64,000 nt of DNA from Lentisphaerota bacterium (GCA_016873655.1 VGWI01000001.1:71983-135982), one strand, 5' to 3'. Shown: positions 46,536-55,825, counted from the first letter of the stretch. Translations and numbers: made by a program. Notes: generated by a model not told the origin, from the letters alone.

Positions 46536-48788
46536 ATGGATGCTCCGTCAAGCTGCGCATGCACGGATGGTGCTCCCAACGCATCGCGCTTCGTCGCGGG
46601 GCTTGCTTCATCGGCATACGTTGCCGCCGCATTCATCGGAGCTTTCCTGCTCTTCGTGGTCCAGCCCATGGTCTCCAAGGCGATTCTTCCCGTGTATGGC
46701 GGCAGCAGCCTGGTCTGGGGCGCCTGCATGGTGTTTTTCCAGGGGGCGCTTCTTGCGGGCTATGCCATCTCCCTGTGGACGCACAGGAAGATGGGCCTGA
46801 GGCGGGCCATGCTTGTGCACCTTTTCATCCTCGCGACGCCATTGCTGTTTCTTCCTCTTGATGTCTCCGTCCATCAGGGCGGGACTGCTCCGCCCGGCGC
46901 TCGGTTGCTGGTTGCGTGGCTCTTCAGGCGCGCCGCCCTTGCGGCAGTGGCCCTCTCGACCGTCAGTCTTGTTTTGCAGCGATGGGTGAGGGCGACCCCG
47001 GGCCGTTTAGCGTCACGGCCCCATCTTCTCTACGCGGCATCGAATACCGGGTCCATATCAGCCTTGTTGCTGTACCCTTTTGTACTGGAACCGTTTCTTG
47101 ACCTCTCGATGCAGGCCTTCGCGTGGTCACTGGCATACGTAGTACTGCTCGTGCTGCTGATTGCTTCCCTGCCCCGCCGCGGGCATGAACGGGACGATGA
47201 TGTCGCGACATCCGGCTTCCCGGTCGAGATCCGGCCTTCGGCATACATCCGGTGGTTTCTGCTCTCCTTCGCATCCTGCGCTCTTCTTCTGGCGGCCACC
47301 AACAGGCTGTCGTTTGATCTGGCCTCGATCCCATTTCTCTGGGTGTTGCCGCTCTCTGTGTATCTCGGATGTTTCGTCGTATCATTCGGGAGCCGGCCGC
47401 CGCGACAGGAATGCACCCGGCGCTTCTTCGGCTGGGCATTGACGTGCGGGGGGCTCCTCTGCCTTGTCTCGTCGTTGAGGATGTCGTTGCCGGCTCCCGC
47501 GGCGGTTTTGCTTCACCTTGCCGTTCTTGGCGGGGTATGTCTGGGATGCACCGAGAGTCTGGTCAGGTCCAGGCCAGGCCATGCGCAGGGGATGACCTCG
47601 TTCTATCTTGCAGTTGCCGCGGGCGGGTTCGCCGGAAGTTTCCTGGTGGCATGGGTCGCGCCGCTCTGTTTCAAATGGCACGCGGAATACCCTGTTGCAC
47701 TTGCCTTGGCAGCGTGGGCGGTGTCGGACGCAGGATCGAGGAGGGCATGGGTGCGGGCCGGCTTGATTCCGGCGCTCGTGGCTTTCGGTTCGGTCACTAT
47801 CGTTCCACTGACGGTCAGGCAGTTTCTTCCCGGGGCTGCTTCAGGGCTCGTGATGGTGCCTGCCGCAGGCTTGCCGCTGGCGCTTGCCTTGAGACGGGGG
47901 TCTTCTTCTGCGTCGTCGGCCGCTGCGGTCCTGGCTGCGGTTGCCCTCGGGTTGGGGTTTACGGAATCGGCCGCCACGGGAGGCTCTGAGATCCTTCGCC
48001 TGAGGAACTACTACGGCACGTACAGGGTATTTGAGGATTCCGGGCTGCGGTATCTCCAGCACGGGAACACGCAGCACGGGCGGCAGCGGGTTGCAGGGGA
48101 TGGGGCTGGAGTCCCATTGTCCTACTACCATCCGTCCACACCCGCGGGCGACTTCCTGTCTTCACGGATCTTGCCCGGGAAGCGCGCGGCAATGGTCGGG
48201 CTTGGGACGGGTGCTCTCGCGGCATACTCGGGGAGCGGCTCTGTTCTGGACATCTACGAACTGGATCCGGCCAACGAGCCGGTGGCAAGAAAGTACTTCT
48301 CGTATCTCGGGGATGCTGAGGAGCGCGGTGCGCTTGTCCGGCTGCACGTGTGTGACGGGCGGCTGGGGCTGGCTTCAGCCGCGAAGGCTTCTTATGACGT
48401 GATCATAGTGGATGCTTTCAGCAGTGGATCTGTGCCGGTGCATCTGCTTACAAAGGAAGCATTTGAAACGTACCGCGGCGCCATGAACACGGACGGGATA
48501 TGCCTGATGCATCTATCCAACCGCGCTCTGAACATGGTTCCGTTCGTCGCCTCAACCGCAGCAGAAGCCGGATTGACGGCGTTGACGGCATCGAACGCTG
48601 GCAACGTTCATCCGGACGCGGACCTTACCGAGTGGGTTGCGCTGATCAATCATTCCTCTGTCGATCTCAGGCGGGCGTTAGAGATGCGCGGCTGGGTTGA
48701 TGTCCCCGGGCCCTTGCCAAGGCCGTGGACCGACAATTATTCAAATCTGGCCGCGGCATGGCTTGCCGGCTTCCGTCAGGGGAAGTAG
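46536..48788 (+). CDS. fused polytopic membrane domain / spermidine-synthase-like (PABS) protein
   Basis: An N-terminal polytopic membrane region of about 500 aa. The C-terminal aminopropyltransferase fold has GLGTGALAAYSG, the SAM-binding Gly loop, and the VIIVDAFSS acidic motif. ATG at 46536, 9 nt after the PAS-protein stop. Confidence 0.7.
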   Translation: MDAPSSCACTDGAPNASRFVAGLASSAYVAAAFIGAFLLFVVQPMVSKAILPVYGGSSLVWGACMVFFQGALLAGYAISLWTHRKMGLRRAMLVHLFILATPLLFLPLDVSVHQGGTAPPGARLLVAWLFRRAALAAVALSTVSLVLQRWVRATPGRLASRPHLLYAASNTGSISALLLYPFVLEPFLDLSMQAFAWSLAYVVLLVLLIASLPRRGHERDDDVATSGFPVEIRPSAYIRWFLLSFASCALLLAATNRLSFDLASIPFLWVLPLSVYLGCFVVSFGSRPPRQECTRRFFGWALTCGGLLCLVSSLRMSLPAPAAVLLHLAVLGGVCLGCTESLVRSRPGHAQGMTSFYLAVAAGGFAGSFLVAWVAPLCFKWHAEYPVALALAAWAVSDAGSRRAWVRAGLIPALVAFGSVTIVPLTVRQFLPGAASGLVMVPAAGLPLALALRRGSSSASSAAAVLAAVALGLGFTESAATGGSEILRLRNYYGTYRVFEDSGLRYLQHGNTQHGRQRVAGDGAGVPLSYYHPSTPAGDFLSSRILPGKRAAMVGLGTGALAAYSGSGSVLDIYELDPANEPVARKYFSYLGDAEERGALVRLHVCDGRLGLASAAKASYDVIIVDAFSSGSVPVHLLTKEAFETYRGAMNTDGICLMHLSNRALNMVPFVASTAAEAGLTALTASNAGNVHPDADLTEWVALINHSSVDLRRALEMRGWVDVPGPLPRPWTDNYSNLAAAWLAGFRQGK

Positions 48789-50335
48789 GCCGGTGTGCGT
48801 GAACCCTCACTGGTGACAGTCGAGCCGAGCTTCTCCAGCAAGTCTGTGTGCAGGGACTTTCTCACGAATATGCACGCGATGGGGTCGTTGTAGACCAGCG
48901 CCCAGTCGTTTCTGGCAAGCATGGTCCGTGTGGCGGGGTTTCCGACATGCAACAGTGCTATGTCTGTCGGGTACCCGTCAATGGCTCTGGAAGCGTGCTC
49001 ACCTGCGTAGATGAAGTCGAAATAGACCTTTGATGTCTCCCGGCTGTATGCACAGTCGAAGCGCCCGTCCAGAAAGACGCGGCAATCCGGATAGAGGTGC
49101 CAGATTGCCATCTCCGCCCAGTCGAAGAAGATGACTGCGTTGCCTCGGATGTTGTGTTCTTTCATGAATCGGATGGCGTCGACGGCATATTTGTCGCGTG
49201 GCACTTCCATCTCAGCAGGATGGGTCTTGTTGAACAAGAAGACGGCGCCCATGAGGAGGATTGCGGATGCTGTCAGAACCGAGATCTTGACGCTCGTGCT
49301 CACCCCGGCGGCGAGACTGGCAAGCGGACGCGATACACGGGCGTCCAACTCGGCTGGCACCACAAACGCCGCGACGATAGCGAAGATGGGGATGTTACGC
49401 CGCATGAGCACCGCGGCGGCGAGCGATGCCGCCAGCAAGCATCGCCATTCCGGTCCGGTGCGCTTTGGCCTGACCAGTGCAGGCAGGCTCACGGCGCCCA
49501 GCAGCAGAAAGTCCGCGTGGTCTTGGAAGTCGCGGAGGGGATTGAACATGGCCCACTCGCTCAGGAATGGCCTGTACCGGCCGGCAGCGTCCGAGATGAA
49601 GTCCCACAGCATAAGTCCGTATGGGTTGAGACTGCTGGCCGCGATGAGCAGACATGCCGCGGCGATGGCCGGAAGAGCGCGGCGGGTGGATGCCGTGTGC
49701 GTGCGGGTGAAGAAAGCGGCGGAGCCGAAGACGAGAAGCGTGATGATCCCGATGAAGAAAGCGCCGTGCAGGTTGGCCCACAGCACACCGCCGAGCAGAC
49801 AGGCCGGGTAGAATGCCGGTTTTCTGAGCCAGTCGCGGCGCAGTGAGACAAGGAGTATGGCCAGGAGCAGATATGTGAACAGATGCGGTCGCGTCGAAAA
49901 ACCGTAACCTATCGTCGAAACGAAGAGCAGCGTGAACAGGAAGCGCAGAGGGCCGGACACATTACTCCTGGCGGAGTCCGCAGTCGCAATTCCAAGGACG
50001 AGGAACCCGAGCAGGATCTTGACGAGCAGGAGGCCCGCATTCCCGCAACACCTGAAGACCGCGTTATAGACATACTGCGCAAGCCACTCGTGGTTGACCC
50101 ACAGCCGGTCTGGTTCCGTGAAGGAGTATGTGTTCGCCCTGAGATAGCCATCCTGCCAAGGCAATGAGGTGACAAATCCGACGTTGCCCCACAGGTCAAC
50201 GTCTGCTTCGTTGTTCGAGAACTGGAACAGGCCGAAGCAAGCTACGCAGGCCGCGGCACAGACCGCTAACAGGCGGTTCCTCGAGACTGGCCCGTGCCGT
50301 GGGGAGTCCGATGAAAGGTGTATGTCGGTCAGCAT
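48776..50335 (-). CDS. hypothetical polytopic membrane protein, possible GT-C-type glycosyltransferase
   Basis: About 12 TM helices with an acidic first loop (NNEADVDLW...TEPDRLWVNHEW) and a C-terminal soluble domain. Divergent from the TMTC-like gene. The functional call is inference. Confidence 0.4.
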   Translation of the reverse strand: MLTDIHLSSDSPRHGPVSRNRLLAVCAAACVACFGLFQFSNNEADVDLWGNVGFVTSLPWQDGYLRANTYSFTEPDRLWVNHEWLAQYVYNAVFRCCGNAGLLLVKILLGFLVLGIATADSARSNVSGPLRFLFTLLFVSTIGYGFSTRPHLFTYLLLAILLVSLRRDWLRKPAFYPACLLGGVLWANLHGAFFIGIITLLVFGSAAFFTRTHTASTRRALPAIAAACLLIAASSLNPYGLMLWDFISDAAGRYRPFLSEWAMFNPLRDFQDHADFLLLGAVSLPALVRPKRTGPEWRCLLAASLAAAVLMRRNIPIFAIVAAFVVPAELDARVSRPLASLAAGVSTSVKISVLTASAILLMGAVFLFNKTHPAEMEVPRDKYAVDAIRFMKEHNIRGNAVIFFDWAEMAIWHLYPDCRVFLDGRFDCAYSRETSKVYFDFIYAGEHASRAIDGYPTDIALLHVGNPATRTMLARNDWALVYNDPIACIFVRKSLHTDLLEKLGSTVTSEGSRTPAYFP

Positions 50336-50414
50336 ATCTTGAAAGAAGATCCGTCCCTTGTGGTATCGTGCCTTGCGAGAGGGTGGTTTGTCGAGTTCTG
50401 GGGGGGATTACTTG

Positions 50415-52487
50415 ATGTCAACCCGAGGAATCCAACGCATCAACTGGCGTGTTCTGGCGCCGTTTGCCTTGGCCGCTGTTTGTGTTCTTTCATACTCAAA
50501 CAGCTTCGGCGCCGAGTTCATACTCGACGACAGCCGGGTCATTCTGACGAATCCCTTCATAGCGAGGCTCTGGCCGCTCAACACCTCGCCTCGCGGCGTG
50601 GCGGATCTGACTTTCCGGCTCAACCACTTCTTCGGAGGCCTCAACCCGTCAGGCTACCATGCTGTCAATGTGGCAATACATACGGCAGCAGCCCTTGTTC
50701 TCTTCGGGTTGCTGTGCAGGGCGGCGGCATTCCGACGCGTGAGAGAATCGTTGGGAATGGATCAGGTTTCGATGGGTTTCCTTGCGGCGGCGCTGTGGGC
50801 CGCGCATCCGTTGCAGACGGAAAGCGTGACCTACGTGTGTCAACGCTACGAATCTCTTGCGGGTCTCTTCACCTTCTTCTGTCTTTACGCGTTTGTCCGG
50901 GGTATGGGCGGCGGCCGGGCGGCCAGGTTATGGTTTGATCTCTCGATCGTCGTCTGCGCGCTGGGGATGGGTGTGAAGGAAACGATGGCTGTCGTTCCGC
51001 CGTTGTTGCTGGTGCTCGACGCAGGGCTGCTTGCCGAATGTCCGGCCGAGGCATGGCGGAAGAGAAAATGGGTGCACGTGGCGTTGTTCATGACGTGGGC
51101 TTTTTTCGGGCTGTTCCAGTTCTCCTACACGATCCACAACACTGCCCACGGACTCAGTGCCCCGCGTGTGGAGGTCGGCATCCCGCCTCTCTGGTACCTC
51201 GTGACGCAGTTCGGTGTGATCGTGCACTATCTTCGTCTGGCTCTGCTTCCGATAAACCTGTGTCTGGACTATGGCTGGCCCATCGCGCAGAAATGGCATG
51301 AGACGCTGCCTCAGGCGCTGGTGCTGGCATTCCTGGGCGGCGCTTCCGTCCTGGCGGTTGTCAAGCGGCATCCGCTGGGCTTTCTCGGGGCGGGCTTCTT
51401 TCTGACGCTTGCTCCGACATCCAGCGTTATTCCGATTTCCGACCCGGCGTTCGAGCACCGCATGTATGTTCCTCTTGCTTTTGTGCTGACAGCGTTGGTC
51501 GGGGGATCCGGTGTCGTCGTAAGCGCTGCGTGTCGAAAACTCGGGCGTTCTCTGTGCCGGCCCGCAGCCGTGGTCGCAGCCGTCTTGGTAGTCGTTCTCT
51601 CGGTCGCGACATGGCAGCGGAATGCTGACTACGCGTCCTCGGAGAGGATGTGGGAAGATGTTTCGAAGAAGTGTCCCGCAAACTACAGGGCCAGGCTGGG
51701 ATTGGGGCAGGCCCTGATGGATCGGGGCGCCTATGAAGATGCGTGCAAGGTCCTTTCGGGGCTGAAGCTGGATCTGGACACGGCGATCCTCAGCGGCGGA
51801 CAGACGAAACTTGTCGCTGCACGGAATCCGGGGGCGGTCTACTACCCTGTTCTTGTCCAACTCGGCATGGCGGAGTCGAACCGCGGGCGGTTCGGGGAAG
51901 CAGAGCCCCTCCTGCGCGGTGCGATCGCATGGAACCCCAAAGCTGCCGATGCGTATTGTAGTCTTGCTGCTGTCAGAATAACGCTGGGTGAGGAGGTCGA
52001 AGCTGAGTCTCTCTTGCGGCAGGCGCTGGCCGTGGACGCCGAATCGGTTGGGGCAAACGCGCTCATGGCGGGACTGATGGCAAGATCGGGCAGGCACGTT
52101 GTTGCGAAACAGTATTACCGGGCCGCGCTCAGCCGTGCGCCCGACCGCGCGGTGCTGTGTACGGACTATGCCTGGTTGCTTGCAACCAGTCCGCTTGTGA
52201 ATGTCAGGGATGCGGGTGAAGCCGAAGTATTCGCCCGGAAGGCGGTGGAGCTGACAGGAGGGACCAGTCACCGGGCGTTTGATGTGCTGGGCGCGGCGCT
52301 GGCGGAGGCGGGCCGTTTTGATGAGGCCGCCGAGATGGCCGGGAAGGCCATCTCAATACTCGACGCATCTTCTTCGGGTTTGGGTTCCCTGGAGACCCGG
52401 GCGGAGATCGTCTCAAGGATCGGTTTGTACCGCAGCGGCCAATCCTTCCGCGCTGTGTCCGCGGCGGAGAACGAATCCGGGAATTGA
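50415..52487 (+). CDS. TMTC/DUF1736-like membrane glycosyltransferase with C-terminal TPR array (putative protein O-glycosyltransferase, GT-C)
   Basis: The N-terminal multi-TM domain contains the DUF1736 hallmark GYHAVNVAIHTAAAL and an acidic first loop. The C-terminal roughly 300 aa are TPR repeats. ATG at 50415 after GGGGGG. Confidence 0.7.
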   Translation: MSTRGIQRINWRVLAPFALAAVCVLSYSNSFGAEFILDDSRVILTNPFIARLWPLNTSPRGVADLTFRLNHFFGGLNPSGYHAVNVAIHTAAALVLFGLLCRAAAFRRVRESLGMDQVSMGFLAAALWAAHPLQTESVTYVCQRYESLAGLFTFFCLYAFVRGMGGGRAARLWFDLSIVVCALGMGVKETMAVVPPLLLVLDAGLLAECPAEAWRKRKWVHVALFMTWAFFGLFQFSYTIHNTAHGLSAPRVEVGIPPLWYLVTQFGVIVHYLRLALLPINLCLDYGWPIAQKWHETLPQALVLAFLGGASVLAVVKRHPLGFLGAGFFLTLAPTSSVIPISDPAFEHRMYVPLAFVLTALVGGSGVVVSAACRKLGRSLCRPAAVVAAVLVVVLSVATWQRNADYASSERMWEDVSKKCPANYRARLGLGQALMDRGAYEDACKVLSGLKLDLDTAILSGGQTKLVAARNPGAVYYPVLVQLGMAESNRGRFGEAEPLLRGAIAWNPKAADAYCSLAAVRITLGEEVEAESLLRQALAVDAESVGANALMAGLMARSGRHVVAKQYYRAALSRAPDRAVLCTDYAWLLATSPLVNVRDAGEAEVFARKAVELTGGTSHRAFDVLGAALAEAGRFDEAAEMAGKAISILDASSSGLGSLETRAEIVSRIGLYRSGQSFRAVSAAENESGN

Positions 52488-52521
52488 TCGGGAGCGACCC
52501 GTGCGCCGTCTGTGCCGGGCG

Positions 52522-52893
52522 CTATGCGTCTATTGAAGCTTTGTTCCCGTTCCTCCCAGCTTGTCCTTCCCCGTTTCTCAACGCCAGTTCCTGAGACAGG
52601 CGCCGGATCTGGCGGCGATGCTGCGATATGACAAGAGAGAATTGCAGGCACATTAACAGCAGGACGAAGAAGCCCATCAGGAAAAGCGTTGTGGTCGGAG
52701 TTACCGCTCCGATCAGGTTGGACAACCTGACGAGCAGGTCATACCTGACAACAACGAAAAGCGCGCCGACACTGATGCCCAGCCATATCCAGCAGTATGC
52801 AATGTCAAGTTTGCCTTTCTGAACCAGCCTTACCGTGAGAAACAGGAGCAGCAGACTCAGGGCTATCGAAGCCATGAACTGTCTCAGAGACAT
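52522..52893 (-). CDS. DUF2304-like small membrane protein
   Basis: About 123 aa with 3-4 TM helices. The start at 52893 follows GGGAGG and overlaps the stop of the upstream GT2 gene, which is the usual GT2–DUF2304 pairing. Confidence 0.55.
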   Translation of the reverse strand: MSLRQFMASIALSLLLLFLTVRLVQKGKLDIAYCWIWLGISVGALFVVVRYDLLVRLSNLIGAVTPTTTLFLMGFFVLLLMCLQFSLVISQHRRQIRRLSQELALRNGEGQAGRNGNKASIDA

Positions 52894-53651
52894 GGGGTGC
52901 TTCCTCCCTTCTCGCCTGCTTCGTTTGCGGTACGTTCGCGCCTCCATGCGCGCCAGACCAGGAAATTAAGGGCGACTATGAACATTGAAAGCGTGACCTT
53001 GGCGGAGTAGTAGAGAGGGCGAAGGCCGGCGTGCATGGACTGACCGCCGGATCTATCGGCCATCCTTACCGGCACCTCAACGATCCGGAGACCTGCAAGC
53101 CTGCACATCAGGATCACATCCGAGTCGGGGTAGTCGCAGGGAAATGCTCCGCTGGTGAACAGGTGCAGAGCTCTCCGGGTGATGGCCTGAAAGCCGGATG
53201 TGGGGTCGGAGAGTCTCAGGCCGGTAGTGAGCCTGAGAACTGACGCGAACAAAGCGTGTCCGGCGCGGCGCAAGGGGGTTGTGGCGGTAGCGCCGTCGGG
53301 TCGGTAACGGGATCCTATTACGATGTCGGCGGAACCATTGAGGACCGGGGCCATGATCAGTCGGACTTGGTCAGGCAGGTGTTGGCCGTCGCCGTCCATC
53401 TGCACGGCGAAGTCGTACCCCGACGCAAGGGCGTGCATATAGCCGGTCTCGAGAGCTGCTCCGTATCCAAGGTTGCAGCCGTGTCGAAGGACGAGTGCAC
53501 CGGCCGAGCGCGCTTCGCATGCGGAGGAATCGGGCGAGGCGTCGTCGATCACGACGACGTCCAAATCGGGGAAGGCGGCGCGGACGGATCGGACCACATT
53601 GCCGATCCTTCCGCGTTCCCTGTAGCAAGGTATCAGTACAACGGCTCGCAT
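52884..53651 (-). CDS. glycosyltransferase family 2, polyprenyl-phosphate hexose (mannose/glucose) synthase-like
   Basis: VVLIPCYRE...VVVIDDASPD (DXD-type), the VQMDGDGQH catalytic motif, and a C-terminal membrane anchor. These match the Dpm1/Ppm1/GtrB family. Confidence 0.8.
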   Translation of the reverse strand: MRAVVLIPCYRERGRIGNVVRSVRAAFPDLDVVVIDDASPDSSACEARSAGALVLRHGCNLGYGAALETGYMHALASGYDFAVQMDGDGQHLPDQVRLIMAPVLNGSADIVIGSRYRPDGATATTPLRRAGHALFASVLRLTTGLRLSDPTSGFQAITRRALHLFTSGAFPCDYPDSDVILMCRLAGLRIVEVPVRMADRSGGQSMHAGLRPLYYSAKVTLSMFIVALNFLVWRAWRRERTANEAGEKGGSTPCL

Positions 53652-53772
53652 ATCGGGCTTGCACTCCCCTGCCGCAAATCAAGCAGGCGAGCGCAGGCGG
53701 ATATTAGGCTGACGATCGGGAAGTGTCAGCAGAGATCTTGGACAACGGCAGGAACAGGAAGCGAAGCCCAGA

Positions 53773-53816
53773 CAGAAAAACGAAGCCCCGCTGCAAGAGC
53801 GGGGCTTCGTTTTTCG
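53773..53816. terminator. bidirectional intrinsic terminator downstream of the pilin gene
   Basis: AGAAAAAC-GAAGCCCCGC-tgcaaga-GCGGGGCTTC-GTTTTTCG: a perfect 10-bp GC-rich stem flanked by an A-run on one side and a T-run on the other. Sits 23 nt after the pilin stop. Confidence 0.75.
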
Positions 53817-53838
53817 AGATTCAGTCAGAAGACTCGAA

Positions 53839-54177
53839 TTACAGAGCGTGAGCGTTCGGGCTTGTGACCGAGCAGCTCGGATCCGTGCCCATCGCCTGGT
53901 AGGTGTACGTGCCGCTGGCCGGGCAGACCGGAGTCGTGCCGCCCTTGATGTACGAATCAACAGCGGTCGTCACAACAGCCGCGGTGCCCGCGATGTTGTT
54001 CGCCATGGCCCACTGCTCCTTGGCGCTGTCAATCTGACGCAGGTTGTTGATGCAGGCGTTCTGCCTGGATGTGTCACGGGCCTTCACGAATGAAGGAATC
54101 GCGATCGCGGCCAGAAGGCCGATGATCGCCACAACAATCATGATCTCCACCAACGTGAAACCACTCTTCTTACTCAT
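53839..54177 (-). CDS. type IV pilin (major pilin candidate) with C-terminal disulfide-bonded D-region
   Basis: MSKKSGFTLVEIMIVVAIIGLLAAIAIP is the prepilin leader plus conserved hydrophobic helix, with Glu at +5. Two C-terminal Cys, CPASGTYTYQAMGTDPSC, are 17 residues apart. AGGAGG RBS. Followed by a strong terminator and preceded by a sigma-54-type promoter. Confidence 0.8.
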   Translation of the reverse strand: MSKKSGFTLVEIMIVVAIIGLLAAIAIPSFVKARDTSRQNACINNLRQIDSAKEQWAMANNIAGTAAVVTTAVDSYIKGGTTPVCPASGTYTYQAMGTDPSCSVTSPNAHAL

Positions 54178-54248
54178 CGCACTTCCTCCTTTTGCTCTGG
54201 GCTGCGACTTTGCCCCAACACTCGAACCCTAAACAACGGGTGACTATC

Positions 54249-54265
54249 AAGCAGGGCTTGTGCCA
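54249..54265 (-). promoter_or_regulatory. sigma-54 (RpoN) promoter of the pilin gene
   Basis: Minus-strand TTGGCAC-aagcc-CTGCTT with GG and GC spaced by 10 nt, about 72 nt upstream of the pilin ATG. A sigma-54 activator gene is adjacent. Upstream direct repeats GCAAGAT lie at 54297-54303 and 54310-54316. Confidence 0.5.
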
Positions 54266-54439
54266 AGTCTCCATTCTCAGGTGTTCGCAGGCATGAGCAA
54301 GATGTTGTATGCAAGATAGATAAATCGGTGGGTGCATGATGAACAGGGTCCGCGTCTGCACAGGCGGTTCGCGGAGATGATAAGCTCAATTCGCAGAAAC
54401 GAGTAACTAGAATGTCAACTATGCGAATTGCTGAGAAGG

Positions 54440-55825
54440 CTATGCTTCCGAGTCGGGGAGCTTTCTGTAGAGTGTCGCGAGGCTTATCTTGAGAGCTTTG
54501 GCGGCTTCTTCCTTGTTGCCTCGAGTAAGAGAGAGCACTTGCTGCAGGTACTCTTTCTCCTTCTGGCGCAGGAAGGCTCTCAGAGATTTTCCTCTCTCTG
54601 CGTCCAGGGATCCTGGTTGGTTCTGTCCTGCCGTTGCCGGAGAGGGGGCTGACTTGGCTGACTCCACGACTTTTGCGGGAAGGTCACCGGGTTTGATTCT
54701 GCCGTCTGTGGCGAAGGCCAGCGCATGCTTTATCGCGTTCTCGAGCTCTCGCACATTGCCGGGCCAGTTGTAGATCTCCATCACGTGACTGGCTTCAGGA
54801 TCAAGTGTCGGAAGATCCTTGCCTTCAGGGGTTTCGGCTCGAATGACGTGGTAGATTAGAGGCAGTATGTCATCCTGTCTCTCGCGAAGGGGTGCTATCT
54901 GTATCGGGATCACGCTCAGGCGATAGTAAAGATCCTCGCGGAACTTGCCTTCCTGGATAAGGCTCTCGAGTTTGGTGTTTGTTGCGGCAAGGACCCGTGC
55001 ATCCACGGGGATGTTCTCGTTGCTGCCGACGCGCCGGACTTCCTTCTCCTGCAATACGCGGAGGAGTTTGCCCTGAATTGAGAGCGGCATTGACCCTATC
55101 TCGTCAAGGAAGATGGTGCCGCCTGAGACTGCCTCGAAAAGGCCCTGCTTATCGGAAGCGGCTCCGGTGAAGGCGCCTTTCACGTGTCCGAACATCTCGG
55201 ACTCGAGAAGTGGCTCAGGGAGGGCCGCGCAGTTCACGGCAAGGAACTTCTTTTCTTTGCGCGGGCTCTGCGTGTGTATCGCTTTTGCGACAAGCTCTTT
55301 GCCTGTGCCGCTCTCCCCATAGATGAGAATCGTGGTATCGGTCGGCGCCACCTTGCGGATCATCTCGCACACGTTCTTCATGGACGGGCTCTCGGCGATG
55401 ATGTTCTCCATGCGATACTTTGTTGTGAGCATCGCCTTGAGATCGGCGTTTTCGGTGAGTGCGGTACGGTAGGCGAGTGCTCTCTGGACGGTGATCAGGA
55501 GTTCATCGACCTTGAAAGGTTTCGTGACGTAATCAAACGCCCCGAGTTTCAGTGCCTTGATGGCGGTTTCGACCGAACCGTAGGCAGTGAGCATTATGAC
55601 GGAAGTTGAGGGCGAGTCGTGCCTCGCAAACTGAAGGATGTCCATGCCCCCGACTGGCTTCATGTAGATGTCGCAGAGCAAGAGATCGAAATCCTGCTCC
55701 TTGATCAGGGCCTGAGCTTTCTCGCCATTGTTCTCCGGCACGACTTCGTAACCTTCAGCACGCAGTATCGTGCTGAGCACGCTCAAGATGCTCGGTTCAT
55801 CGTCGACAACCAATATCCTGGGCAC
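54440..55825 (-). CDS. sigma-54-dependent response regulator (NtrC/PilR family: receiver + AAA+ + Fis-type HTH)
   Basis: Receiver domain (ILVVDDE...LLLCDIYMKP). AAA+ sigma-54 interaction domain with Walker A GESGTGKE, the GAFTGA motif and ESEMFGH. A C-terminal HTH. Likely GTG start at 55825 after GGAAGGAG. The ORF track's ORF starts at 55867. Confidence 0.85.
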   Translation of the reverse strand: MPRILVVDDEPSILSVLSTILRAEGYEVVPENNGEKAQALIKEQDFDLLLCDIYMKPVGGMDILQFARHDSPSTSVIMLTAYGSVETAIKALKLGAFDYVTKPFKVDELLITVQRALAYRTALTENADLKAMLTTKYRMENIIAESPSMKNVCEMIRKVAPTDTTILIYGESGTGKELVAKAIHTQSPRKEKKFLAVNCAALPEPLLESEMFGHVKGAFTGAASDKQGLFEAVSGGTIFLDEIGSMPLSIQGKLLRVLQEKEVRRVGSNENIPVDARVLAATNTKLESLIQEGKFREDLYYRLSVIPIQIAPLRERQDDILPLIYHVIRAETPEGKDLPTLDPEASHVMEIYNWPGNVRELENAIKHALAFATDGRIKPGDLPAKVVESAKSAPSPATAGQNQPGSLDAERGKSLRAFLRQKEKEYLQQVLSLTRGNKEEAAKALKISLATLYRKLPDSEA

